Program-made: the position numbers and the translations under genes | In this document: one piece after another, positions 10,226-18,370 of the stretch | How positions within the stretch are numbered: position 1 is the stretch's first letter | Layout of the letters: every line of letters begins with the position of its first letter | NCBI GenBank assembly: GCA_038522735.1 | Contig: JBCBJX010000003.1 | Span: 20,685-84,684, forward strand | From: Pseudomonadota bacterium | GTDB taxonomy: Bacteria; Pseudomonadota; Alphaproteobacteria; Caulobacterales; Parvularculaceae | DNA: 64,000 nt | Direction of reading: 5' to 3' | Notes under the pieces: model-generated | What the model saw: only the letters and a program-made list of their open reading frames with translations | Database searches by the model: none | What the model was told of the DNA's origin: nothing

Positions 10226-11277
10226 ATCGAGCGCTCCGCAGCCTCGACGAGGTGCGAGGGCGGCGTCAGCACGACGCCGCGTGCGGGAAGACCCGCCGCC
10301 CACGTGCGGATCGCTGCGATCCCCTGAACGCTCGCCGGCGCCTTAACGAGCATGAAGCCGTTTTCGACGGCCTGTTTCTCCAGCGCCCTGAGGCTCTCCG
10401 CGGAGACGTCCGTCAGCACCATGTCGATCCGGCGATAGGGCGCCCGCGTGCCAGAGTAGACGGCGGGCGCAGCGCTTTCGGCGGGGTTCGGATCTTCAAG
10501 GAAAGCGAGGTTGCGCTGCTCCAGCCGCGCTGCGATCGGCGCCATCGCCGCTGCGTTCGTGCGAAACGCGTCGCCGAGATAGGGCGTCGCGAAGGTGAAC
10601 GCATCGGAGCGCGAGAGCATCCAGTCAAGGCGCTTCAGATTGTCCTTCGGCGGACGGCCGGTGAGGAGCACCGCCGGGCCAAGGGTCTCGGCCGGGATGC
10701 GCTTCGCCTCCATGGGCAGCTCGACGCCCGTCTCATGGCCGCGCGCAGCGGCGGCCGCAGCCCATTCGCCCGTCTTCGCCCCGTAAGGCACGAAGCTGAA
10801 CGCGACCTCCGGCGGCGCGAGGCGGATCGCCTGCTCGGTGAGGTCCGGATCAAGGCCGAGACCTGCGAGCAGGATAGCGATGCGCGGCGCGGGTTTCGCC
10901 GCCACGACGTCGACTTTCTGAGCCGGCTGCGCGGCGCGGGTTTCCGGTTTGACTCGCGGCGCGGGCGGCGGGCTCGGCGCGATGACCGTCGGAGCCCGAT
11001 CGTCGGCGAACGTCTCCTCGCCGGCCTGTCGAGCGTCGAGGAGCGGCGGCGGCGCGAAGCGCTCCGCGGCGGATGAGAGATCGGCCTTTGCGATGCGGAC
11101 AGGCTCGGGCGCCCGGTTCGGAAGCTGCATCTCGGCGAGCACGACGACGCGCGGCGGCGTCGGGCGGTCCAGCGCCGCGGACACGACGAAGCCGCCGGCG
11201 ATCATCGCGATCAAGCCGATCCAGGCCCGGGAAAGAAGCCCGAACGCCGGTCGCGCGCGGTGGTTGGTGCGGGTCAT
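10222..11277 (-). CDS. divergent polysaccharide deacetylase family protein (YibQ-like), N-terminal membrane anchor
   Basis: It has an N-terminal TM segment 'AWIGLIAMIAGGFVVSAAL' and a Pro-rich linker. The C-terminal domain contains 'IAILLAGLGLD..FSFVPYG..', as in YibQ/DUF610 proteins. It sits in the conserved ctpA-neighbourhood position. Confidence 0.7.
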   Translation of the reverse strand: MTRTNHRARPAFGLLSRAWIGLIAMIAGGFVVSAALDRPTPPRVVVLAEMQLPNRAPEPVRIAKADLSSAAERFAPPPLLDARQAGEETFADDRAPTVIAPSPPPAPRVKPETRAAQPAQKVDVVAAKPAPRIAILLAGLGLDPDLTEQAIRLAPPEVAFSFVPYGAKTGEWAAAAAARGHETGVELPMEAKRIPAETLGPAVLLTGRPPKDNLKRLDWMLSRSDAFTFATPYLGDAFRTNAAAMAPIAARLEQRNLAFLEDPNPAESAAPAVYSGTRAPYRRIDMVLTDVSAESLRALEKQAVENGFMLVKAPASVQGIAAIRTWAAGLPARGVVLTPPSHLVEAAERSI

Positions 11278-11376
11278 GGCGTCTCGTTCAAATTGGTTAC
11301 CACATCTGCAACGCTTAGGGTTATCAAGACGCTAACGCGCCTAGCGATCGATGCGCGCAAGACGGGCGGGCGGGGC

Positions 11377-12645
11377 GTGCCGGAGTTTTCAGACGACGAA
11401 ATCGAGACGCTGCAGGCCGCGGCGGCCCTGATCCTCGACGCGGAATCGCGCCTGCCGGTCCTGAAGACGCTGGCCTGGGACCGGGCCCTCGCGGACCGGT
11501 TCTTTGCAAGCGGCGAGACCGAACCGCCGGCGCCCGAGTACCCGAAAATCGATATCGGACCGGCGCTTGAAGCAATCGTTTCCGCTCGCGCGCTCATCTC
11601 GGGATCGAGCCCGGTCCACGACTGGCTGCGGCGCACCGCGGACGTCGTGGAGGAGACGGCGGCGCTTCTTTCGTGCGTCGGAACCTCGGCTTTTCACGGC
11701 CACTCCGTCGCGCTCTACGGCGCGCCCGACGCGCCGCTCGCCGACGGGAGGACGACGGCCCTCGCCCTCGCCGACAAGCTCGACGAGCTTCTGAGCGATT
11801 TCGACATCGGCGGCGCGAAGCTGGAGCCGCCTGCGCGGATGACGGCGAGGGACCTGAAGATCGAGCTCGACGCGCGGCTGCCCGACCTCTTCGGCGATCA
11901 GGCGCCGCGGGTGGAGGTCACCCAGAACGTGTCGGCGAAGGCGGCGGCCGGGTCGGATTACATCAAGCTGCGCGAGGATGCGGGCTTCTCCGATCTCGAC
12001 GCCGATCAGCTCCTTCAGCACGAGGCTTATATCCACATCGCGACCGGGTATAACGGCCGCGCCCAGAACCGCTTCCCGATCCTCGCTGAAAGCCATCCGG
12101 GCAACGCGCGCACCCAGGAAGGCCTCGCGGTGTTCGCCGAATTCATTTCCGGCAGCCTCGACCCGCGCCGCTTCAAACGCCTTGCGGACCGGGTGATCGC
12201 GATCCAGCTTGCCGCGGAAGGCGCCGACTTCCTCGATCTTTATCACTTCTTCCGGGAGCGGAACGCCGCGGATGCGCCCTTCGAGGCGTTTGAAAGCGCC
12301 CGGCGCGTGGTTCGCGGCGGCCTCGTCAACGGCGGGGCGCCGTTTACGAAAGATTCGGTCTATCTCGGCGGCCTCCTCGAGGTGCACAGCTATCTGCGCG
12401 CCGCCGTGCAAGCGGGCGACGCGGAATTCATCCGGCTTCTGTTCGTCGGGAAGATCGACCTTGAGGACCTCCGCGCCATGAAGGCTCTGCGCGATGCGGG
12501 CCTCATCGCCGAGCCGCGCTACCTGCCGCCTTGGGCGAAGGATCTGCGGTTCCTTCTCGCTTATCTCGCCTATTCGACCTTCCTCAATCAGATCGATCTG
12601 CGCGGCGTGACGGCCCGCTATCAGGCGCTGTTCGCCGAGGCTTGA
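11377..12645 (+). CDS. flavohemoglobin expression-modulating QEGLA-motif protein (DUF1704, MATCAP-type metallocarboxypeptidase family)
   Basis: It contains the literal 'NARTQEGLAVFAEF' and 'HEAYIH' (HExxxH). The start is uncertain. The track gives a GTG at 11260, which would overlap the divergent yibQ-like start. The GTG at 11377 gives a family-typical length of about 420 aa. Confidence 0.7.
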   Translation: MPEFSDDEIETLQAAAALILDAESRLPVLKTLAWDRALADRFFASGETEPPAPEYPKIDIGPALEAIVSARALISGSSPVHDWLRRTADVVEETAALLSCVGTSAFHGHSVALYGAPDAPLADGRTTALALADKLDELLSDFDIGGAKLEPPARMTARDLKIELDARLPDLFGDQAPRVEVTQNVSAKAAAGSDYIKLREDAGFSDLDADQLLQHEAYIHIATGYNGRAQNRFPILAESHPGNARTQEGLAVFAEFISGSLDPRRFKRLADRVIAIQLAAEGADFLDLYHFFRERNAADAPFEAFESARRVVRGGLVNGGAPFTKDSVYLGGLLEVHSYLRAAVQAGDAEFIRLLFVGKIDLEDLRAMKALRDAGLIAEPRYLPPWAKDLRFLLAYLAYSTFLNQIDLRGVTARYQALFAEA

Positions 12646-13523
12646 AGCATCCGCGCGATCGTCTCACCGATCGGCGGCTGGTCCAGGCCGCAGCTAAGAG
12701 ACGTGAGTAGCGCTGGATCGCCGACGATGAGAGGCGGGTCGTCGGCGCGTAGGCGGGCGGGATCGCTGGTCGCGGTCAACGGTCGGCCCAATACTTGAGC
12801 CGTCGCATCCACAAGATCCTGTATGGAGAGAGCCCGGCCCGAAGCGATGTTCACCGGTCCTTGATGGTCCGTTTCAGCGAGGTGGACGAGGCTCGCCGCG
12901 ACGGCCTCGACGTCGTTGAACTCCCGCCGCGGCGTCAGGGCGCCAAGGACGAGGGTCGTCGCGCCGCGCGCCGCCTCGCCGGCGATCCGGGCGGCGACGA
13001 AATATTCGCTCTGTCCGGGTCCGGTGTAGTTGAAGGGGCGGGCGATCGCGATGGAGAGATCAGCTGCAAACCCTGCGGCGCGCTGCTCCATTTCCAGCTT
13101 CGATCGTCCGTAGGGAGATACGGGGCGGAGTGCCGCTGTTTCGGACAAAATTCCGTCAGCTGGCGGCGCGTACACCGCGGCCGAGCTCATCAGAACGAGG
13201 CGTGCGCCTACGCGACACCTGGCCAGCGCCGTTAGCAGCGCCTCCGTATCGAGAACGTTGGCGCGGCGATAGGCTTCGAGATCCGGTCCGTAGGTCCGGG
13301 CGAGTCCTGAGAGATGAAAGACGACGTCCGGCGCCGCGTGCTCGAGAAGCGCTGTCGCGGCCTCTCCATCTGAGAAATCGAGCCGCGCCCACGCGTCATC
13401 GACGCTCCGGCGGCGCGACGTTCCGGTAACATCGTATCCGCGGCGCTGCAGTTGTCGAACGAGAGTGCGGCCGGTGAAGCCGAGCGCGCCGGTGACGAGC
13501 GCCCGCCGCCCGTCACCGGGCAT
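12621..13523 (-). CDS. NAD-dependent epimerase/dehydratase, probably a GDP-4-dehydro-6-deoxy-D-mannose reductase (Rmd-like)
   Basis: It has the Rossmann motif 'ALVTGALGFTGRTL' and the SDR catalytic 'SPYGRSK' (YxxxK). Its start overlaps the end of gmd by 11 nt. Confidence 0.6.
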   Translation of the reverse strand: MPGDGRRALVTGALGFTGRTLVRQLQRRGYDVTGTSRRRSVDDAWARLDFSDGEAATALLEHAAPDVVFHLSGLARTYGPDLEAYRRANVLDTEALLTALARCRVGARLVLMSSAAVYAPPADGILSETAALRPVSPYGRSKLEMEQRAAGFAADLSIAIARPFNYTGPGQSEYFVAARIAGEAARGATTLVLGALTPRREFNDVEAVAASLVHLAETDHQGPVNIASGRALSIQDLVDATAQVLGRPLTATSDPARLRADDPPLIVGDPALLTSLSCGLDQPPIGETIARMLQASANSA

Positions 13524-14550
13524 AGGGCTTCAGGCGCTTCAGGTCCGCGTCCACCATCATCACGGCGAGGTCGTCGAGCGTGGTCTTCGGCCGCCAGTCG
13601 AGGAGGTCGCGGGCGCGGCTCGCATCGCCGAGGAGAGTATCGACCTCGCTCGGCCGGCGGAGCGCCGGGTCGATGCGCACCAGCGTCCGGCCCGTGGCGC
13701 GGTCGACGCCGATTTCGTCGAGCCCCTCGCCTTTCCAGATCAAGTCGAAGCCCGCCGCTGCGAAGGCGAGGCCGGCGAAATCGCGCACGGAGTGTTGTTC
13801 GCCCGTAGCGAGAACCACCGTCTCCGGACGATCGAGGCGCATGAGGGCGTAGACGCCCTCCACATACTCCTCGGCAAATCCCCAGTCGCGTCGCGCGTCG
13901 AGGTTTCCGAGGCGCAATTCGTCGGCGAGTCCGAGACGGATGCGCGCCGCCGCATCGGTGATCTTGCGAGTGACGAACTCGCGGCCGCGCAAAGGGCTTT
14001 CATGGTTGAACATGATCGCGGTCGAGATGAACGCGCCGTGCGCCTCGCGATAGTTCGTCGCCATCCAGTAGGCGTAGGCTTTGGCCGCGCCATAGGGGCT
14101 GCGCGGATGAAAGGGCGTCGTCTCTCGCTGCGGCGTCTCGGCGACCTTGCCGAACATCTCCGAGGTGGAGGCCTGGAACACCCTGATCGGCGCGCCTGAC
14201 GCGCGCACCGCCTCGAACAGGTGAACGGCGCCAAGGCCCGTCGCATCGGCAGTCGCGACCGGCTGGTCGAAGGACGCGCCGACGAAGCTCTGGGCGGCGA
14301 AGTTATAGATCTCCGCCGGCTCGAACTTGTCGATCAGCAGCCGGATCGAGCCGGCGTCCGTCGCATCGTAGGCGGCGAGTTCGAGATCGGGGTGGTCGTA
14401 GGCGCCAAGTTCCTCCAGCCGCCAGAAGCTGCCGGAGGACGTCCGCCGGTGCGCGCCGACCACCCGCCAGCCGCGATCAAGCATGAGGCGCGCGAGATAC
14501 GCCCCGTCCTGCCCGGTCACGCCGGTGATGATGGCCGTCGAAGTCGTCAT
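13513..14550 (-). CDS. gmd: GDP-mannose 4,6-dehydratase
   Basis: 'AIITGVTGQDGAYLARLML', 'STSEMFG', 'SPYGAAKAYAYW' and 'ILFNHESPLRG'-type blocks ('IMFNHESPLRGREFVTRKIT') match Gmd along the full length. Confidence 0.92.
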   Translation of the reverse strand: MTTSTAIITGVTGQDGAYLARLMLDRGWRVVGAHRRTSSGSFWRLEELGAYDHPDLELAAYDATDAGSIRLLIDKFEPAEIYNFAAQSFVGASFDQPVATADATGLGAVHLFEAVRASGAPIRVFQASTSEMFGKVAETPQRETTPFHPRSPYGAAKAYAYWMATNYREAHGAFISTAIMFNHESPLRGREFVTRKITDAAARIRLGLADELRLGNLDARRDWGFAEEYVEGVYALMRLDRPETVVLATGEQHSVRDFAGLAFAAAGFDLIWKGEGLDEIGVDRATGRTLVRIDPALRRPSEVDTLLGDASRARDLLDWRPKTTLDDLAVMMVDADLKRLKPYAR

Positions 14551-14564
14551 GCGCGCGCGAATTG

Positions 14565-14594
14565 AAAAAGCGCGGCCGATGGGATCAGCCGCGC
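14565..14594 (-). terminator. rho-independent terminator after ctpA
   Basis: On the minus strand, a GCGCGGC / GCCGCGC stem with an 11-nt loop is followed by TTTTT. It lies between the ctpA stop (14645) and the gmd start (14550). Confidence 0.55.
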
Positions 14595-14644
14595 CGGCGG
14601 GGAGGACGCCTCGCCTTCAGGAAGGTCGAGCCGGAGCCCGGCCG

Positions 14645-16036
14645 CTAGTTCGCGGACGCGAGCGTGCGCGTATATGCCTGCTGATCGCGCAGAAGTTCAA
14701 TGGCGCGTTCCAGCTGGCAGTCCCGGCCGATCGGGCATTCGACGGGCTCCACATCGGGACCGGCGAGCGGGTCGTCGAGGTCGCGCGTCTCGGCGGGCAG
14801 TTCCTCGACATCGGACGGAACGTCGAGAGCGTTCGGCAGGTCGGCTTCGGACCGGCGCTCCAGCGGCTCCGAGCCGGGTCGGACGATCGGCATCCAGATA
14901 TCCGGCTCGATGCCCGTCGCCTGAATGGAGCGTCCGTTCGGCGTGTAATAGCGCGCTGTCGTCAGTCGTAGGGCGCCGTCGACGCCGCCGCGCAGCGGCA
15001 GGACCGTCTGGACGCTGCCCTTGCCGAAGGAGCGGGTGCCGAGAACGAGACCGCGCTTCCTGTCCTGAATGGCGCCGGCGACGATTTCCGACGCCGACGC
15101 GCTGCCGGCGTCGATGAGGACGACGACAGGGCGGTTGTCGAACTGGTCGCGGGTCGAGCCCATCTCGCGCATCGTGTCCTTCGCCCGGCGGCCGCGCGTC
15201 GAGACGATCTCGCCGCGGTCGAGGAAGAAGTCGGAGACCGCGACGGCCTGATCGAGGAGACCGCCCGGGTTCGAGCGCAGGTCGAGCACGAGGCCCCGGG
15301 GCTCCATGCCGATTTCCTTGCGGGCATCCTTCAGCGACTTCTTCAGCTGCGCGAAGGTCTGTTCGGAGAACGTGTTGATCCGCACATAGGCGTATTCGTC
15401 GCCCTCGACGCGGCTGGTGACGGAGGGCACTGTGATGATGTCGCGGGTGAGCGAGACGTCGAAGCGTTCGTCCTCCCCCTCGCGCATGATCGTAAGCGTC
15501 ACGTCCGTGCCGCGCGGGCCCTTCATTTTGGAGATGGCGTCGTCGAGCGTGCCGCTGCGGACAGCCTCTCCGTCGATCGCCGTGATGAGGTCGCCGGCGA
15601 CGATGCCGGCGCGCGCGGCCGGCGTGTCCTGGATCGGCGAGACGACGCGCACGAAGCCCTCCGCCGGACCTTCGGTGTCCATGGTGACGGAGATGCCGAG
15701 GCCGGCGAACTGGCCGCGGGTCGCATCCTGCATCGACCGGTAGTCGCCAGGCGAGAGATAGCTCGAATGGGGGTCGAGGCGGGCGAGCATGCCGTCGATC
15801 GCGCCTTCGATGAGCTCGGCGTCCTCGGGTTCCATCACGTAATTGGCGTGCACTTTCTCGAAGACTTCGCCGAAGAGGTCGAGCTGGCGGAACGTCTCCC
15901 GATCGACGGCGCTCGACGTGGCGAACCCCGCCGACAGGGCCGCCGCCGTAGCGAGGGAGCCTGCGAGCGCCGCGCCCCAGACGGCGCCGGCGTTTCCGCG
16001 GCTGCGCCGGGCTTTCGCTTTCACGCGTTTCGTCAT
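14645..16036 (-). CDS. ctpA: carboxy-terminal processing protease (S41)
   Basis: It has a PDZ region, the S41 catalytic Ser in 'DAGSASASEIVAGAIQD' and the catalytic Lys in 'SFGKGSVQTV'. I chose the ATG at 16036, which has GAGGAG 7 nt upstream, over the track's TTG at 16051. Confidence 0.9.
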   Translation of the reverse strand: MTKRVKAKARRSRGNAGAVWGAALAGSLATAAALSAGFATSSAVDRETFRQLDLFGEVFEKVHANYVMEPEDAELIEGAIDGMLARLDPHSSYLSPGDYRSMQDATRGQFAGLGISVTMDTEGPAEGFVRVVSPIQDTPAARAGIVAGDLITAIDGEAVRSGTLDDAISKMKGPRGTDVTLTIMREGEDERFDVSLTRDIITVPSVTSRVEGDEYAYVRINTFSEQTFAQLKKSLKDARKEIGMEPRGLVLDLRSNPGGLLDQAVAVSDFFLDRGEIVSTRGRRAKDTMREMGSTRDQFDNRPVVVLIDAGSASASEIVAGAIQDRKRGLVLGTRSFGKGSVQTVLPLRGGVDGALRLTTARYYTPNGRSIQATGIEPDIWMPIVRPGSEPLERRSEADLPNALDVPSDVEELPAETRDLDDPLAGPDVEPVECPIGRDCQLERAIELLRDQQAYTRTLASAN

Positions 16037-16106
16037 GTCCGGTCTCCTCAACTGTCGCCGGTGCGGGGCGCGCCTTGGACATAGTGCGCCGGGCCCGCGC
16101 GGGTCG

Positions 16107-17306
16107 TTAAATCCTCGAAAGCCAGCCCGCCGGGTCTACAGGCTCGCTGTTCTTTCTGATTTCCAGGTAAAGGTCGGAGGCAGAGCCGCCCCCCGCCATC
16201 GCGCCGAGGGGTTCGCCCGCATCAACCGTCGCGCCTTCGCGCGCCATGAAGCTTCCGACGCCGATCACGATCAGATGGTAGCCCCCGCCGACGTCGAGGA
16301 TCAACACGTTGCCGACGGTGGTCCAGTCGCGCGCGAAGACGACCGAGCCGCTGAAGGGCGCCGTCACCAGAGCGCCCGGCGCGGTGCGGAAGACGACGCC
16401 TTCATAGCGCCCGCCCCCGGCGTCCCGCCGTTCGCCGAACCTCGCGACGAGGCGGCCCGAAACGGGCGTCGGCAGCCGGCCCCGGGCGTCGACGAAGCGG
16501 GTCTCCGGCGTGAAGGCGGCGAGCGGGGCGGGCTTGCGCCGCGGCGAAACGTCGACCGTGCGCGGCTCGCGCGCCGTCGGCTTCACCCGGGGCGTGACCG
16601 CGCGCTTCACCCGCTCCAGCCGCTCGACAAGCTCCGACAGGGTCGAGGCGCGCGCGGCGAGACGAGAGATTTCAGCCTGCGTTTCCTCGGCGAGACGGCT
16701 CGCCGCGTCCCGCTCGGCGACCTTGCGCTGGAGGAGGGCGTCGAGGGCGTCGCGCCGCGAGGACAGCTCGACCTGCGCCGTCTGCAAAGCCTCCTGCTCC
16801 GCGCGGGCCGCCTTTTCGAGCGCCCGCAGGCGGTCGAGCGCGAGTTTCAGCGCCTCTGCGCGCTCTGCGAGCACGGGCGCGGCCTCGGCGAGGAGAAGTC
16901 CGATCCGGGCGGCCTCCGCCGCATCGTCCGGGCGCACCGCGATCGCCGGCGGTCGCGACATCTCGAGGGCCTGGAGAGCGGAAAGAACGTTTGAATAAGC
17001 CGCGCGGCGGGCGGCGAGATCGCGCTCGGCGTCTTTTTCCTGGGACAGAATACCTTGCAGCCGCGCTTCGACCTCCGCGACGGCGGCCTCCTGAGCCGTC
17101 AGGGCGTTCGCCGCAGCGATCACCTCGCTTTTCAGAAGCGCCGCTTCTTCGGCCTTTTCGGCGGCTTCCGCCGCGAGACGTTCGCTCTCGGCGCGGCGGG
17201 CCTCAATGCTTTCCTGCAGCGCTTCCAGCTCGCCGGGGTCGATCTCCTGCGCCGCCGCCGGGGCGGCGGCTGAAAGCGCCAGAACTGCGGCGAGTACGGA
17301 TTTCAT
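16107..17306 (-). CDS. murein hydrolase activator EnvC-like protein (coiled coil plus M23/LytM domain)
   Basis: It has a signal peptide 'MKSVLAAVLALSAAAPAAAQE', a long Ala/Glu/Arg coiled coil and a C-terminal LytM-like domain ('GNVLILDVGGGYHLIVIG'). Confidence 0.8.
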   Translation of the reverse strand: MKSVLAAVLALSAAAPAAAQEIDPGELEALQESIEARRAESERLAAEAAEKAEEAALLKSEVIAAANALTAQEAAVAEVEARLQGILSQEKDAERDLAARRAAYSNVLSALQALEMSRPPAIAVRPDDAAEAARIGLLLAEAAPVLAERAEALKLALDRLRALEKAARAEQEALQTAQVELSSRRDALDALLQRKVAERDAASRLAEETQAEISRLAARASTLSELVERLERVKRAVTPRVKPTAREPRTVDVSPRRKPAPLAAFTPETRFVDARGRLPTPVSGRLVARFGERRDAGGGRYEGVVFRTAPGALVTAPFSGSVVFARDWTTVGNVLILDVGGGYHLIVIGVGSFMAREGATVDAGEPLGAMAGGGSASDLYLEIRKNSEPVDPAGWLSRI

Positions 17307-17782
17307 GAACGGTGATAGGGATGGCCGGCGAGGATGGAGAGGGCTCTGTAGATCTGTTCCGCGAGCATCGCCCGCACCAGCATGTGCGGCCAGACGGCGC
17401 GGCCGAAAGAAAGAGCGAGGTCGGCGTCTTTCACGATCTGCGCTCCGTGCCCGTCGGCGCCGCCGATGAAGAACGCCGTCGCCGGCGCGCCGGACCCGGC
17501 CCAGCGATCGAGATAACTAGCGAAGTCGTCAGTTCGGAGGGAGTCGCCGCGCTCGTCCAGAACCACCCGTTTCGCGCCCGTCGGCGCGGCGGCGGCGAGC
17601 TTCAGGGCTTCGTCGTCGCGCCGACGCGCCGGGTCTTTTGATTTCGCCTCGACCTCGACGAGGTCGGGGCCGGACATGCCGAGCCTGCGGGCGAGAGGTG
17701 CGGCGCGCCCGGCGTACCGCTCGACCAGATCGGCTTCGGGACCGGATTTCAGCCGACCGACGGCGAGGACGACCAGCTTCAC
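17303..17782 (-). CDS. rlmH: 23S rRNA (pseudouridine1915-N3)-methyltransferase
   Basis: 159 aa. It begins 'MKLVVLAVGRLK', ends '..FGRAVWPHMLVRAMLAEQIYRALSILAGHPYHR' and is adjacent to rsfS. Confidence 0.9.
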   Translation of the reverse strand: MKLVVLAVGRLKSGPEADLVERYAGRAAPLARRLGMSGPDLVEVEAKSKDPARRRDDEALKLAAAAPTGAKRVVLDERGDSLRTDDFASYLDRWAGSGAPATAFFIGGADGHGAQIVKDADLALSFGRAVWPHMLVRAMLAEQIYRALSILAGHPYHRS

Positions 17783-17794
17783 GCCGTGTCGGGC

Positions 17795-18193
17795 CTATCG
17801 GCCGAGCGCCGCGGACTCCGAAAGCGCTTCCGGCGACCAGATCCGCTCCAGATTGTAGAAACGGCGCACTTCCGGACGGAACAGATGGACGATCACGTCG
17901 CCGGCGTCGATCAGCACCCAGTCGCAGGCGGGCGCGCCCTCGATCTGCGCCGTCCCGCAGCCAAGCTCTTTGACCGCCCGCATCACCTTGTCCGCCATCG
18001 CGCCGACATGACGCTGGGAGCGGCCTGAAGCGATAACCATCGCGTCGGCGAGTTCGGTTTTTTCAGCGAGATCGATGACGACGACGTCTTCGGCCTTGTC
18101 GTCCTCCAGCTGCGTCAGAACTCTCTTCAGCAGCGCTTCCGGGGATTGTGCAGCCTCGTCGGCCGGATCGCCGGGGAACAAGGGCGCGACCAC
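17795..18193 (-). CDS. rsfS: ribosome silencing factor
   Basis: 'KAEDVVVIDL..ADAMVIASGRSQRHV.A.A' and 'DWVLIDAGDVIVHLFRPEVRRFYNLERIW' match RsfS/iojap. Confidence 0.88.
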   Translation of the reverse strand: MVAPLFPGDPADEAAQSPEALLKRVLTQLEDDKAEDVVVIDLAEKTELADAMVIASGRSQRHVGAMADKVMRAVKELGCGTAQIEGAPACDWVLIDAGDVIVHLFRPEVRRFYNLERIWSPEALSESAALGR

Positions 18194-18370
18194 CGGGCCG
18201 CTCTCCCTCGCAATTGTTTCGGAACTCAGATCGAGCCTCCAATCGCGGCGCGGACACGACGTCCGCGATTTCGATCTAACACCGATCCGCCGCCGCCGCC
18301 AACGGCCGCATTCTTGTCAGTCGCAATGGGCTGGTGTCAGGTTCGCAATTGCAAAACGGGGGACGGCGTA

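Noticed and set aside
11260-11376. Longer start for the QEGLA-motif gene
   Set aside because: A start at 11260 would overlap the divergent yibQ-like start codon region and leave no promoter space. The GTG at 11377 gives a family-typical length. This is not certain.
14697-16082. 461-aa minus ORF in an alternate frame of ctpA
   Set aside because: The translation is Arg/Pro/His-rich, whereas the ctpA frame has clear S41/PDZ motifs.
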